A stretch of 64,000 nt of DNA from Thermoanaerobaculia bacterium (GCA_038245905.1 JBBRRY010000006.1:64425-128424), one strand, 5' to 3'. Shown: positions 30,059-39,180, counted from the stretch's first letter. A program made the numbers and translations. The notes: generated by a model not told the origin, from the letters alone.

Positions 30059-31462
30059 TCAGCTACGGGGCGAGTCCACTCGACGCAACGGCCGATAGGC
30101 CCGCTTCACGCCGTTCTCTTCGTCCTGCATGTATCCGCGGACGTGAGCAATCAGGTCCGCGTCGATCGTGCCCTGATCGAGCGACATGAAGAGTTCGCCG
30201 AAGGCCGGCGAAGAAGCGAAGCGGTTCGTCTGCCGCTCGCGGCGCAAATCCTCAATCTCAGAGGCCATGGATTCGTAGGCGCTGAGGCGGCCGTGGCACT
30301 CCGCAATGTAGAGGCGTGAGAAGAGGATTTCCTTCTTCGAAGCGAGAGGGCTTGCCTCACGGACGATTTCTGCGAAAGCGCGGAGCGCGCGGCGGTACTC
30401 CCCGCAGCGGAAGTTCAGCTCGGCAAGACCCGTGCGAACGAAGAAGAGATGCGACGAATGATTGTGCCGGCGGCCGAAACTAAGGGCCTTCGCAAACGTC
30501 GTACGCGCTTCGTCAAGACGCCCGAGCCGCATGAGAAAGGTCGCCCAGTTGTTGAGGAGCATTGTCGTCCGCTGGCTCCCCGTGCCCGATTCAGATTCAA
30601 ACGCGGGCAGGGCGGCATCAAAGCATTTGAGCGCCCGTTCAAACTGGCCCTCCAGACCGAAGAGAGTTCCGAGCGAAGCGTTCGCGCGCCCAGCCAGATA
30701 CTCCTGTCCGAACTCAACGAAGACGGCGAGCGAGCGCTTCAGGAGTCTTTGTGCCCCAGCGTAATCTTTCTCAAATGTCGCAGCGGTACCCTCGTAGTAA
30801 TCACAGAGCGCCGCACCGAAGCCAAGATCCCCGGATGCGGCGAAGAATCCTCGCGCCGGTTTGACGGCTTCTCGTGCAGCCTTCGCTTCTCCCTTCTGAA
30901 GCAGGGCTTGGGATTCGAGGAGAGCGGCCTCGGCCTGCACGGCCTGCCGGGGGGCCGGGGTCGAAATGCGGTACTTACGATCCGCAGGCGGGAGAGATTC
31001 AGCCTCGTCGAAGAGCAGGCTCGCGAGCGAGAGCGCCTTGTTCGGATCCTCGGCGACGAGCGTGCCGGACTTCTGAGCCGAATATAGCAGCGCGAAGCCG
31101 CGATACGGCTTGCCGTCCAGCGCACGAAGGGCGGCGGCGAGCTCGTCGGCTCCCGCGCGGGCGGCCCGAACGATTCGTTCGGCCGGCTCTTCTGCTTCGC
31201 TCGACACATCGACGAGATCGCTGACGAACTGGAAACATCGCGCGTCCCTGCCGTGATCATTCTGAGATTCTTCCGACCAGAGCGCCTCCGCCAGTTTCTT
31301 CAGGGAACTGTCGAGGCGCCGCGTCCCCGCTAGGCTCGCCCGGCACGCGGCACATTCTGCGAGATGCTTCCGTGCCGCGAGCGCTTCCGGCTCCCGAAGA
31401 TCGCGCGCCGCAATCCGGAGCAGCGCTCCTTCGTCAAGGTGTCGCTCAGCTACCGTCTTCAT
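30059..31462 (-). CDS. Zinc-finger (ZAS) anti-sigma domain fused to TPR array, module 2 (paralog of 27820-29247)
   Basis: HLDEGALL..KHLAECAAC (HxxxCxxC); long blocks shared with module 1; ATGA overlap with the sigma-2 stop. Confidence 0.82.
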   Translation of the reverse strand: MKTVAERHLDEGALLRIAARDLREPEALAARKHLAECAACRASLAGTRRLDSSLKKLAEALWSEESQNDHGRDARCFQFVSDLVDVSSEAEEPAERIVRAARAGADELAAALRALDGKPYRGFALLYSAQKSGTLVAEDPNKALSLASLLFDEAESLPPADRKYRISTPAPRQAVQAEAALLESQALLQKGEAKAAREAVKPARGFFAASGDLGFGAALCDYYEGTAATFEKDYAGAQRLLKRSLAVFVEFGQEYLAGRANASLGTLFGLEGQFERALKCFDAALPAFESESGTGSQRTTMLLNNWATFLMRLGRLDEARTTFAKALSFGRRHNHSSHLFFVRTGLAELNFRCGEYRRALRAFAEIVREASPLASKKEILFSRLYIAECHGRLSAYESMASEIEDLRRERQTNRFASSPAFGELFMSLDQGTIDADLIAHVRGYMQDEENGVKRAYRPLRRVDSPRS

Positions 31463-31899
31463 TTCTTCCCTTCGAGGCTCAGCCGCAGCTTCCTGAGGCA
31501 TGCGTTGAACCGCTTCCAGGCCTGCTTTTCACTGAATCCGAACTCGGCCGCGGCCTCGCCGAAGCCCTTCCCCTCCATGTAGTGGGCCATCAGGAGCCCT
31601 CTGCACCCCGGCGAGATACGCCCGAGAGCCTGCCGGAGGGCGAGAAGATCCTCGGCGGCAAGGCCCTCGGGACTCGCCACGTCCGAAAGCTCCACCGCAA
31701 GGCGAGAGCGGTGTCAAGCGTCACTAATTTCCGACCCCCTTGCGTCACTAAAAGCGCCCCCCCTCGGCGGGTCCTTCTTTCCGGGTCTTTCCGGTCTTGA
31801 TCGAATCAATCAGCCCAGTAGCAGGGCGGTGGAAACGGTGGGAATCGCAGAGCGATTTCCAAGCCGCCTTCGGGCGGCGTCCGTTTCCACGGCCTCTTC

Positions 31900-32688
31900 T
31901 CACGCCTCGGTCTCCTGAGGCTTCGCCGCACGTCCGAGAAGCCCCGCCCGTTTCTTCTGCCTGAGCCTGTAGCTCTCGCCCTGGATCGTGAGCGTGTGGC
32001 TGTGATGCAGCAGCCGATCCAGGATCGCCGCGGCCAGGACGTCGTCTCCGAAGACCGTACCCCACTGCGAGACGCTCTGGTTAGTCGTAATCAGGATGCT
32101 CCCGCGCTCGTAGCGGCGCGCCACGAGCTGGAAGAAAAGGTGGGCGCTTCGCCTCTCGAAAGGCAGGTAGCCCAGCTCGTCGACGATCAGGAGCTTCGGC
32201 TTGGCCAGAAAGCTCAGCTGCTCGGAGAGCTTGCCCTCGGTCTCGGCCTTCGAGAGCCCGGCAATCAGGGCCGTCGCCGACGTGAAGAGCACGGTGTGGC
32301 CCGCTTCGACGACCGCTCGCCCGAGGGCGATGGCCAGATGGGTTTTCCCCACTCCGGGTGGCCCGAAGATCAGGACGTTGTCCGAGAGCGCGATGAAGCG
32401 ACCCGTCGAGAGCTCTTTCACGAGCCTTTGATCCACCGAGGGCTGAAAACGGAAGTCGAAGTCCTCGAGCGTGCGGGCCTGGGGAAAATGGGCGATCACA
32501 AGGCCCATCTGCACCCTCTTGCGCTGCTTGGAGTCGACCTCCTCACGCAGAAGGCCATCGAGGAAGTCCAGGTATGTCGGCTCTGTGCGTGCCGCTTCCG
32601 AGAGCATCGCATCGATGCGCTGAGCCACGTGCCTCATGCGAAGCCGCACGAGGTGGTCCTCCACGCGGGCCCTGATGAGCTCGCTCAC
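31900..32688 (-). CDS. istB: IS21 helper ATPase IstB
   Basis: TLEDFDF.FQ, GPPGVGKTHLA, LLIVDELGY, RRYERGS, AILDRLLHH, GESYR. Confidence 0.96.
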   Translation of the reverse strand: MSELIRARVEDHLVRLRMRHVAQRIDAMLSEAARTEPTYLDFLDGLLREEVDSKQRKRVQMGLVIAHFPQARTLEDFDFRFQPSVDQRLVKELSTGRFIALSDNVLIFGPPGVGKTHLAIALGRAVVEAGHTVLFTSATALIAGLSKAETEGKLSEQLSFLAKPKLLIVDELGYLPFERRSAHLFFQLVARRYERGSILITTNQSVSQWGTVFGDDVLAAAILDRLLHHSHTLTIQGESYRLRQKKRAGLLGRAAKPQETEA

Positions 32689-33959
32689 GGCAGGGCCCCT
32701 TCGACGACAGCCTGGTAAGCGGCCAGCGTCCGGCCCGGGAAAACATCTTCGAGTGTCGTCTCACTCACCGCCTTCTCCCACGGCCGCCAGAGTCCGTCGT
32801 AGTGCCTCGGGTCGATGACCCTCTCGCGCGGCTCTTTGGCGCGCCTGTGACGCGCGACTTCCAGGGTGCCGCGGAAGATCACGACCTCTTGCTCCAGGAC
32901 GAGGACCTCGAGGTCTTCCTTCACGAGCCGATAGGGGACGCTGTAGCGCGCCGTGTCCACGTCCACGAGGGCGTCGGATGCCACGCGCCTGAGGAGCCGG
33001 CGCGAGGGGATGACGACGTCTCTGTCGGGAAGAGCTCTGAGCGAAGCCCTTTCCTTCTCGAAGCGCTCGCGCGGCCGCTCACCGGTCGTGCCGTGGATCC
33101 TTTCGTCGGCCTTCAGGCTCCAGTCGAGAAGGTGTGCCTGCAGCTCCTCGAGCGACGAGAATCGCCGGCCCGCCAGAGCGTTTCCCTTCACGTAGCCCAC
33201 GCCCGATTCGGTCTTGCCTTTCGTCTGGGCCCGGTACGGCGCACAGGCTCGCGGCTGGATGCTCCAGTCGCGGCAGAAGGCCTCGAAGCCCGCCGTGAAG
33301 GTCAGGACCCGCCTTCGCCGGTCGTGCCTGAGGACGAGCGCTCCGGCGTTGTCGACAAGCAGCGTCCTGGTCACGCCCCCAAAGTGCCGGAAGGCCGCGG
33401 CCAGAGAGGAGAGCCACTCGCCCTGGCGCTCAGAAAGCATCGCCCGCACGAAGATCCGACGCGAAAAGCCCAGCACCGCAACCAGGAAAAACACTTTCAC
33501 CAGTACGTCGGCGATCCAGACTTTCCTTTCGCCGAAGTCGGCCTGCGTCTGCTCGCCCGGGCCCGTCTCATACCGCACCGTCGCCAACGCCTCGGCCCGC
33601 AGGCGCTGACGCTTCTCGCGTACGGCTCGCTGCACCGTGCTCATGCTCGCGAGCACCCCTCCCTTGGCCAGCAGCTCGCGCACGACCACCGCATTGCCCC
33701 CGGCTTCTCCGGCAAACAGCTCCTCGGCCCTTCGGCATCCGATCTCGTCGAGCCGCCGCGCTCGGGGCCGTACCTGCACCTGGGCCGATTCCCCTCCCCT
33801 GAGGTACCGCCGGACCGTGTTGCGCCTCATCTTCAACTCCCGGGCGATCCGCTTGGCGCCCCACCCCATCGAGCGCAACCCCCGGATCCTCGCCACCGCC
33901 TCCGGCTCAACCATCGGCACCTCCCGACGGCAGAGTGCGCTCCTCAATTCCTCGACCAT
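32685..33959 (-). CDS. istA: IS21 DDE transposase IstA
   Basis: N-terminal HTH (GAKRIAREL..RNTVRRYL), RYET.PGEQ.QADFG, VDN, KGKTE, Mu-like C-terminus; alternative start at 33914. Confidence 0.95.
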   Translation of the reverse strand: MVEELRSALCRREVPMVEPEAVARIRGLRSMGWGAKRIARELKMRRNTVRRYLRGGESAQVQVRPRARRLDEIGCRRAEELFAGEAGGNAVVVRELLAKGGVLASMSTVQRAVREKRQRLRAEALATVRYETGPGEQTQADFGERKVWIADVLVKVFFLVAVLGFSRRIFVRAMLSERQGEWLSSLAAAFRHFGGVTRTLLVDNAGALVLRHDRRRRVLTFTAGFEAFCRDWSIQPRACAPYRAQTKGKTESGVGYVKGNALAGRRFSSLEELQAHLLDWSLKADERIHGTTGERPRERFEKERASLRALPDRDVVIPSRRLLRRVASDALVDVDTARYSVPYRLVKEDLEVLVLEQEVVIFRGTLEVARHRRAKEPRERVIDPRHYDGLWRPWEKAVSETTLEDVFPGRTLAAYQAVVEGALP

Positions 33960-34661
33960 CTCGTCCTCCTTCTGCTCTTCGAAGGACCCGTCGAGGGGGG
34001 GCGCTTTTAGTGACGTAAGGGGGTCAGTTTAGGTGACGCCTGACAAGCGGGACCGGACGGCTCGGCGCACGTATTGGCAGCACTGCATGTAGAAAACCCG
34101 CGTGACAAAGGCCCGCGGATGTCGGATGCCCGCCCGCTCGCGAGCGACGTCGAGCGCGGTCTCCTGGAGAAGATCCTGCGCGTCTTCACGACCGATGCCG
34201 AACTGCAGCCACGCCATCCGCATGAGGCGGCCGACCTCCCGGGGATCGAGCAGGAGCTGCTCGGCAACTTCGGGGCCGCTACGCGTCGCCTCAATCTCGA
34301 CTTTCATCATGCGGCTCTGGCCCTGGATTCTTTCGCGCGCCGCGCGGCGCTGCAACGACAAAGAACTTTGAAGGGGGAGGGGTCGAAATGATCGCTCTCC
34401 GGCCACTCGTAGAATCTGAGCTTTTCCTCTTTCAACCGGCTCTCACGGTGCCGAGCTTCCGACATCCCCTTGGACCTGCCCAGGCCATGACTCCGCTCGG
34501 AATCTTCGCAAACACAGCCGCCGATGGGGTCAAGACTGGCACTCGAAGGCCACTCTATCGTAGAGAAAAAGAACGAGTCTCGAGGAATCACCGCCATGTT
34601 GGGGTCCGACGTGGCACTGGGAACCCGGCCATGGCGAGAAACCGCCGCATAAGGAGTATTT

Positions 34662-34994
34662 GTGAAACGTTCCTTTCCGTTCTTGAAGCTGCCTTTGTTC
34701 TTGTTGCTTCTTGTTGGAGTCGCGTTGTCCGCCCAGCCGGCCCAAGCCGGCCCGGGTATTCAGTACCAGATGCCCCCATTGGATGGTTGGGGCACTGGTG
34801 GCAGTTGCGCCCTGAACGACCAGTGTTGCACTTGTTTGTCGGCAGCCGCCCAGAGGTATGTGGATAGCAGCCATTCTTGTGCGGAAATTCCTACGTTGCT
34901 CGGGGCACGAGCGCTCTGTATACTATTTGCCAAGCTGGCATACCAGCAGGACTTCGTCGGCTGTCAGGATCTACATGTCTGCAATAATCTTTAA
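34662..34994 (+). CDS. Small secreted cysteine-rich protein (8 Cys)
   Basis: RBS AAGGAG, GTG start, Sec signal MKRSF..AQPAQA, about 80-aa mature part with C..CC.C..C..C..C..C. Confidence 0.68.
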   Translation: MKRSFPFLKLPLFLLLLVGVALSAQPAQAGPGIQYQMPPLDGWGTGGSCALNDQCCTCLSAAAQRYVDSSHSCAEIPTLLGARALCILFAKLAYQQDFVGCQDLHVCNNL

Positions 34995-35586
34995 GCGCGC
35001 GCCTCTCGCTCTCCTATTGATTGTGTTCATGGCTGATGCCGGGCAGAGAACCGGTCCGTCCTCCAACATCGCAGGCCGTGTGATTCTTAGCAGCGGCGAC
35101 GTATTGGAACTCTTATACTCAACGGTGAATCTAACAGAGACGACGCTCACGATGCGCGACGGTTCTTCCGGGATCGTGATGACTCTCGTTGAGAAGATCG
35201 ACTACGTTTGGAATCGCTGCGAGGCCAAGATCTCCGACGGCAAGACCACGCTCGAGGTGAGAGTCGACCTGGGTTACGCAGTCGAAAATCTGCCGGTCCC
35301 CGTCGAGATAAAGATCGGCAACGAAATACATCGAGCACTCCTCAAGGCAAACTCGTTAACAGACGATCAGAAGAAAATGCGCGCTGCTGTCGGTAAACTC
35401 CCGGCGGCATTTCTTGCGGGCCTGAAGCATCTTGTGCCGATAGGGGTTTCCCCTGCCTTTGGCGCGGTGTCGCCCAATTTCCTCCCTGAGCTTATGGAGG
35501 GGGCGTTAGCGAATGTGACCATAACGTCGACGACAAAACTGGAGCCCGGCGAGATCGACGCTCTGGTCCGAGACTCCGCCAGATAG
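34975..35586 (+). CDS. Exported hypothetical protein coupled to the Cys-rich gene
   Basis: Overlaps the end of the previous ORF; signal-like N-terminus KRAPLALLLIVFMADA; beta-rich body. Confidence 0.6.
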   Translation: MSAIIFKRAPLALLLIVFMADAGQRTGPSSNIAGRVILSSGDVLELLYSTVNLTETTLTMRDGSSGIVMTLVEKIDYVWNRCEAKISDGKTTLEVRVDLGYAVENLPVPVEIKIGNEIHRALLKANSLTDDQKKMRAAVGKLPAAFLAGLKHLVPIGVSPAFGAVSPNFLPELMEGALANVTITSTTKLEPGEIDALVRDSAR

Positions 35587-35731
35587 GGTGCCGCTTTTCG
35601 CGGACCGATTTGGCAGGCGACGCCCGCAGACAAGCTGGCCTGCAGCGAGGCTAACTTCTGCATCTCGCCGGAGGTATTCCTGTCGGAAATCGCTCTCGTG
35701 TCTTCTCCGATGATCCCGTAAGCTCTCGAAA

Positions 35732-36409
35732 ATGCCACGTCCCTTGGGAGCAGATCGGCTCGAAACGCTGCCACAGGGCCGGCTGGTCCTTCTCGCCCGG
35801 CACGACAAGGGCTGGCACCCCCGATTGGAAAAGACGCTCTTGACTCCCGAACATCCGGGTACGGCAGTCCTGTGGGAAGAGCAGCTCTTCGAGGTGCGTA
35901 GCGTCGAGGCCGCGAGCGGGGAGGTGCGCTACACACTGGCTTTGTGGGACGAGCGGCATACGATCCGCGTCGCGGAGACCTATGACTTGGCAAATGAAGA
36001 CCGGCGCCGCCGAGAGCGCGAACTAAACGCTCGCCGCGAGCGCGAGCGTTGGGTGGCGCTGCTCTTCGCGCCGCTCCTGGGCTGTCTTCCCGCGAAAGTT
36101 CAGGAATGCATAGAAAGGGAGATCGCCATCCCGTCGACCCGGATGACGTTTCTCTCTGCTATGCCGCTTCTTCTATTTGGCACGCTCTCTCTCCTTGCGA
36201 TGCTGATCGTTGTCTTCGGCGGCCCCGCCCTCCTTCCGACTCCTATCTACCTTGCGGGCCTGTACTTCTGGTTAGAGTCGTTAGGCCGTCTGTGGATCTC
36301 AATGGCGCTGGGGCGGGCTGCTGGCTTACTGCCGGTTGAGCTTGCCTGGGGGGTGTGGCGGCTACGCGCCGCGCCATCGGTTGACCGCCCTCCGCCCTTT
36401 TCGGAATGA
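35732..36409 (+). CDS. Hypothetical membrane protein
   Basis: Soluble N-terminus, charged linker, then 3-4 hydrophobic segments. Confidence 0.6.
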   Translation: MPRPLGADRLETLPQGRLVLLARHDKGWHPRLEKTLLTPEHPGTAVLWEEQLFEVRSVEAASGEVRYTLALWDERHTIRVAETYDLANEDRRRRERELNARRERERWVALLFAPLLGCLPAKVQECIEREIAIPSTRMTFLSAMPLLLFGTLSLLAMLIVVFGGPALLPTPIYLAGLYFWLESLGRLWISMALGRAAGLLPVELAWGVWRLRAAPSVDRPPPFSE

Positions 36410-36642
36410 TCCCGGCGCAGTGATCCCCGCGGCAGGCTCCGTTTCCTCTCTCATCGAAGTTCCGACGCAGCGCCCCACCTCTTGGGGACTCGAGGACACT
36501 CCGAAATCGCGCCGAGAGGATGTACGGCGAGCACCTCGACCGCCCGAACCCCACGGACGCAAACAGTTTGGCCGCAGCCGAGGCGGCGGCGCGCCGCGAA
36601 GACGTCGGCGTGACGCCGCTCTAGCGTTTCTCCAGCGATCCT

Positions 36643-38433
36643 CTAGCGTAGCGGAGGGTGCGTCGACACCGCGCGCGCCCGGAGCGGAGCCACCGGCTCG
36701 CCCTTGCGGAGCCGGTACGCGCCCGCGGGCAGCTCGCCAAGATCTTCCCTCGATCCATCGGGCCATCGCACCGTCACGCGCGCGGACACCGCGGCACCGA
36801 GACCGAAGTGGAGCGGCAGCCACGATCCGCTCGCGTATGACGGGACGACGTAGAACTCCTTCGCGCGTCCGCCCACGGTGATCTTCGTCCCGAGGACCGT
36901 CCGGCGGTCGGCGCCCGCGACCGGAAGGATCTCGAGCGACCGCCCGCCCGGAGCCGTGTTGCGGAGGACGACGGCCGGCCTGTCGATCGGGTTGAAGACG
37001 AGGTCTTCCCGGCCGTCTCCGTCGAGGTCCCCGCCCGACAGCCCGCGCCCGACGACGCACAGCCGCCCGAGATCGCCCGCCTCTTTGGAGACGTCGCGGA
37101 ACCGCATCTGCCCGGGCACGCTCTCGTTGTGGAAGACGAGCTGGCGCTGCGCGTAGCTGCGTTCTCCCACCGCGAAGTTGCGGGCCGCGGGATTGAACCA
37201 CTTCGAGAGGACGGTGAAGAAGCGCGAGAGGATCTGGCCGTTCGAGACGACGAGGTCGTCCTTGCCGTCGTTGTCCCAGTCGATCGCGACCGTGCCCCAG
37301 CCCGAGAGCGGGATCGACGGATCGTGATCTCCTCCGAACGCCTCACGCTCGCTCTCGGCGAAGGTCGCGCCTTCGACGTTGCGGTAAAGCGTGTTCGGCT
37401 CGTTCGCGTAGTTCGTGACGAAGAGATCCGGCCGTCCGTCGCCGTCGAAGTCGGTGACCGCCAGACCCATGCCGCTGCGCGTTCTGCGGCCGAACGCCGT
37501 CGCGCTGCCCTCCTCGGGATATCCCGTACCCGTCTCGTCCGACACGTCGCGGAAGCGTCCGCCTCCTTCGTTGTGGAAAAGTGAATTGCGCCACTGGTCG
37601 TTCGCGACGTAGAGGTCGGTGCGGCCGTCGCCGTCATAGTCGACGGCCACGGCGCCGATCGTCTTCGAGCCCGGATCACGCATCCCGCTCGCTTCCGTGA
37701 GGTCCGCGAATTTCATCCCGCCGAGGTTCTTCAGGAAGAGGTTGTCCTGGCCCTTGTATTCGTCCGGCGTCATGAAAGCCGTGGCCTTCGCCTTCGACTC
37801 CCGATCGGGATCCGTGTCGAGGTAGTGCCCGAGATAGACGTCCGGGAGGCCGTCTCCGTCCGCGTCGAGGGCCGCGAGGCCGATCGTGAACTTCCCGCTC
37901 TCGAGGCCGGACTCCGCGATCTTCGTGAACGTGCCGTTGCCGTTGTTGCGGAAGAGGATGTTCGGCTCTCCCGCGTTGCCGATGAGGAGATCCGGGAAGC
38001 CGTCGTTGTCGAGGTCCGCCCACATCGCCGACACGCCCCAGCCGCAGGCCACGACGCCCGAATGCTCCGTCACGTCCTCGAACGAGCCGTCCCCGCGATT
38101 CCGGTAGAGGCGCGTGCACTCGGCGAGGGGCTGCGTGCGCCCCGCCTTCCGCCATTTCGAGGCGCTCTTCACCTGCTGGACGAGGACCAGGTCGAGGTTG
38201 CCATCGCCGTCGAAATCGGCAAGCGCGGCCCCGCCGCCCATCGTGGGGATGAGCTTGGCGTCGAGGAGGTCGCCGTGAAAGCGAAACCGGATTCCGGATG
38301 CCTCCGTCACGTCCGTGAACAGGGAGCCCGCGACGTTCGTCCGGAGCGAGCTCTCCTCGTTCAGGAGGAGGCTGCAACCCGCAGCGCCGCCCGCCGTGAC
38401 GAGGGCCAATACGAGGGCAGGGAACCGGCGCAC
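36643..38433 (-). CDS. CRTAC1-family protein (FG-GAP/VCBS repeats + ASPIC/UnbV), probable lipoprotein
   Basis: Repeated DxDGDGxxDL motifs, F.DVTE.SG, GRGL..GDLDGDG, LHFGLG; lipobox-like AAGC. Confidence 0.88.
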   Translation of the reverse strand: MRRFPALVLALVTAGGAAGCSLLLNEESSLRTNVAGSLFTDVTEASGIRFRFHGDLLDAKLIPTMGGGAALADFDGDGNLDLVLVQQVKSASKWRKAGRTQPLAECTRLYRNRGDGSFEDVTEHSGVVACGWGVSAMWADLDNDGFPDLLIGNAGEPNILFRNNGNGTFTKIAESGLESGKFTIGLAALDADGDGLPDVYLGHYLDTDPDRESKAKATAFMTPDEYKGQDNLFLKNLGGMKFADLTEASGMRDPGSKTIGAVAVDYDGDGRTDLYVANDQWRNSLFHNEGGGRFRDVSDETGTGYPEEGSATAFGRRTRSGMGLAVTDFDGDGRPDLFVTNYANEPNTLYRNVEGATFAESEREAFGGDHDPSIPLSGWGTVAIDWDNDGKDDLVVSNGQILSRFFTVLSKWFNPAARNFAVGERSYAQRQLVFHNESVPGQMRFRDVSKEAGDLGRLCVVGRGLSGGDLDGDGREDLVFNPIDRPAVVLRNTAPGGRSLEILPVAGADRRTVLGTKITVGGRAKEFYVVPSYASGSWLPLHFGLGAAVSARVTVRWPDGSREDLGELPAGAYRLRKGEPVAPLRARAVSTHPPLR

Positions 38434-38502
38434 GAATTTTGAGTATAGGGCGCGGGAACGTCTGGGTGAGAATGAGGGGGCAAGTCGACCGGGAGGGCGC
38501 AT

Positions 38503-39180
38503 ATGGGCGAGAAGATCTCCTTTACCGTCAACAACCAGAAGGTGGACGGATGGTTCGCAAAACCGCCGACGGGCAGAGGGCCGGCGGTCATCGTGATCCA
38601 GGAATGGTGGGGCCTGGTGCCGCACATCCAGGACGTCGTGGATCGCTTTGCGGCGGAGGGCTTCGTCGCGTTCGCGCCCGATCTCTACCATGGCAAGACG
38701 ACGACTTCGCCGGACGAGGCGGGACGCCTCCTCATGGAGCTGGACCTCGAGCGTGCGGGCCGCGAGTTCGCCGCGGCCGGGGCGTACCTCCTCGCGCAAC
38801 CGGAGTGCTCGTCGAAGAAGTTCGGGGTCGTGGGCTTCTGCATGGGCGGCGCCCTCGCGCAGTATGCGGCCACTTCGAACCCGGGCGTGGGCGCGGCCGT
38901 GAGCTTCTACGGCGGCTTCAAAAAGGTCCCGCTCAAGTGGGAAAATCTCTCCGGCCCGATCCTGATGATCTACGGCGAGATGGACGACGGCGTTTCCCCG
39001 TCAGGGGCGAAACCGCTCGAGGACAAGGTCAGGGCCCTCGGAAAAGAGATCGAGACGATCATCTTCCGCGGCGCGTTTCACGGTTTCTTCAACGACACGC
39101 GGCCGGGCGTCTACAACGAAGAATGCGCGAAGGACGCCTGGCAAAGGACGCTGGCCCACTTCCGGGCGCACTTGGTCTAG
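38503..39180 (+). CDS. Dienelactone hydrolase family protein
   Basis: VIQEWWGL, APDLY, GFCMGG nucleophile, FYG, HGFFN. Confidence 0.93.
   Translation: MGEKISFTVNNQKVDGWFAKPPTGRGPAVIVIQEWWGLVPHIQDVVDRFAAEGFVAFAPDLYHGKTTTSPDEAGRLLMELDLERAGREFAAAGAYLLAQPECSSKKFGVVGFCMGGALAQYAATSNPGVGAAVSFYGGFKKVPLKWENLSGPILMIYGEMDDGVSPSGAKPLEDKVRALGKEIETIIFRGAFHGFFNDTRPGVYNEECAKDAWQRTLAHFRAHLV

Larger units (their letters stand above)
31712..34045 (-). mobile_element. IS21-family insertion sequence (2334 bp)
   Basis: Ends TGTCAAGCGTCACTAA.. and ..GGTGACGCCTGACA form ~55-bp imperfect inverted repeats with internal CGTCAC(T)AA repeats; AGCGG target duplication at 31707-31711 and 34046-34050; istA-istB inside. 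Confidence 0.96.
31459..34310 (-). pseudogene. ECF sigma factor, module 2, interrupted by IS21
   Basis: 5' part 34310-34046 (DAQDLLQETAL..) and 3' part 31706-31459 (GKGFGEAAAEFGFSEKQAWKRF HTH) join in frame to a 170-aa sigma once the IS and one AGCGG copy are removed. Confidence 0.9.

Noticed and set aside
29280-31878. Identical 16-mer GCCGCCTTCGGGCGGC in the terminator (29280) and inside the IS21 (31863)
   Set aside because: It is a common GC stem with a cUUCGg tetraloop, so convergence is more likely than a dispersed repeat.
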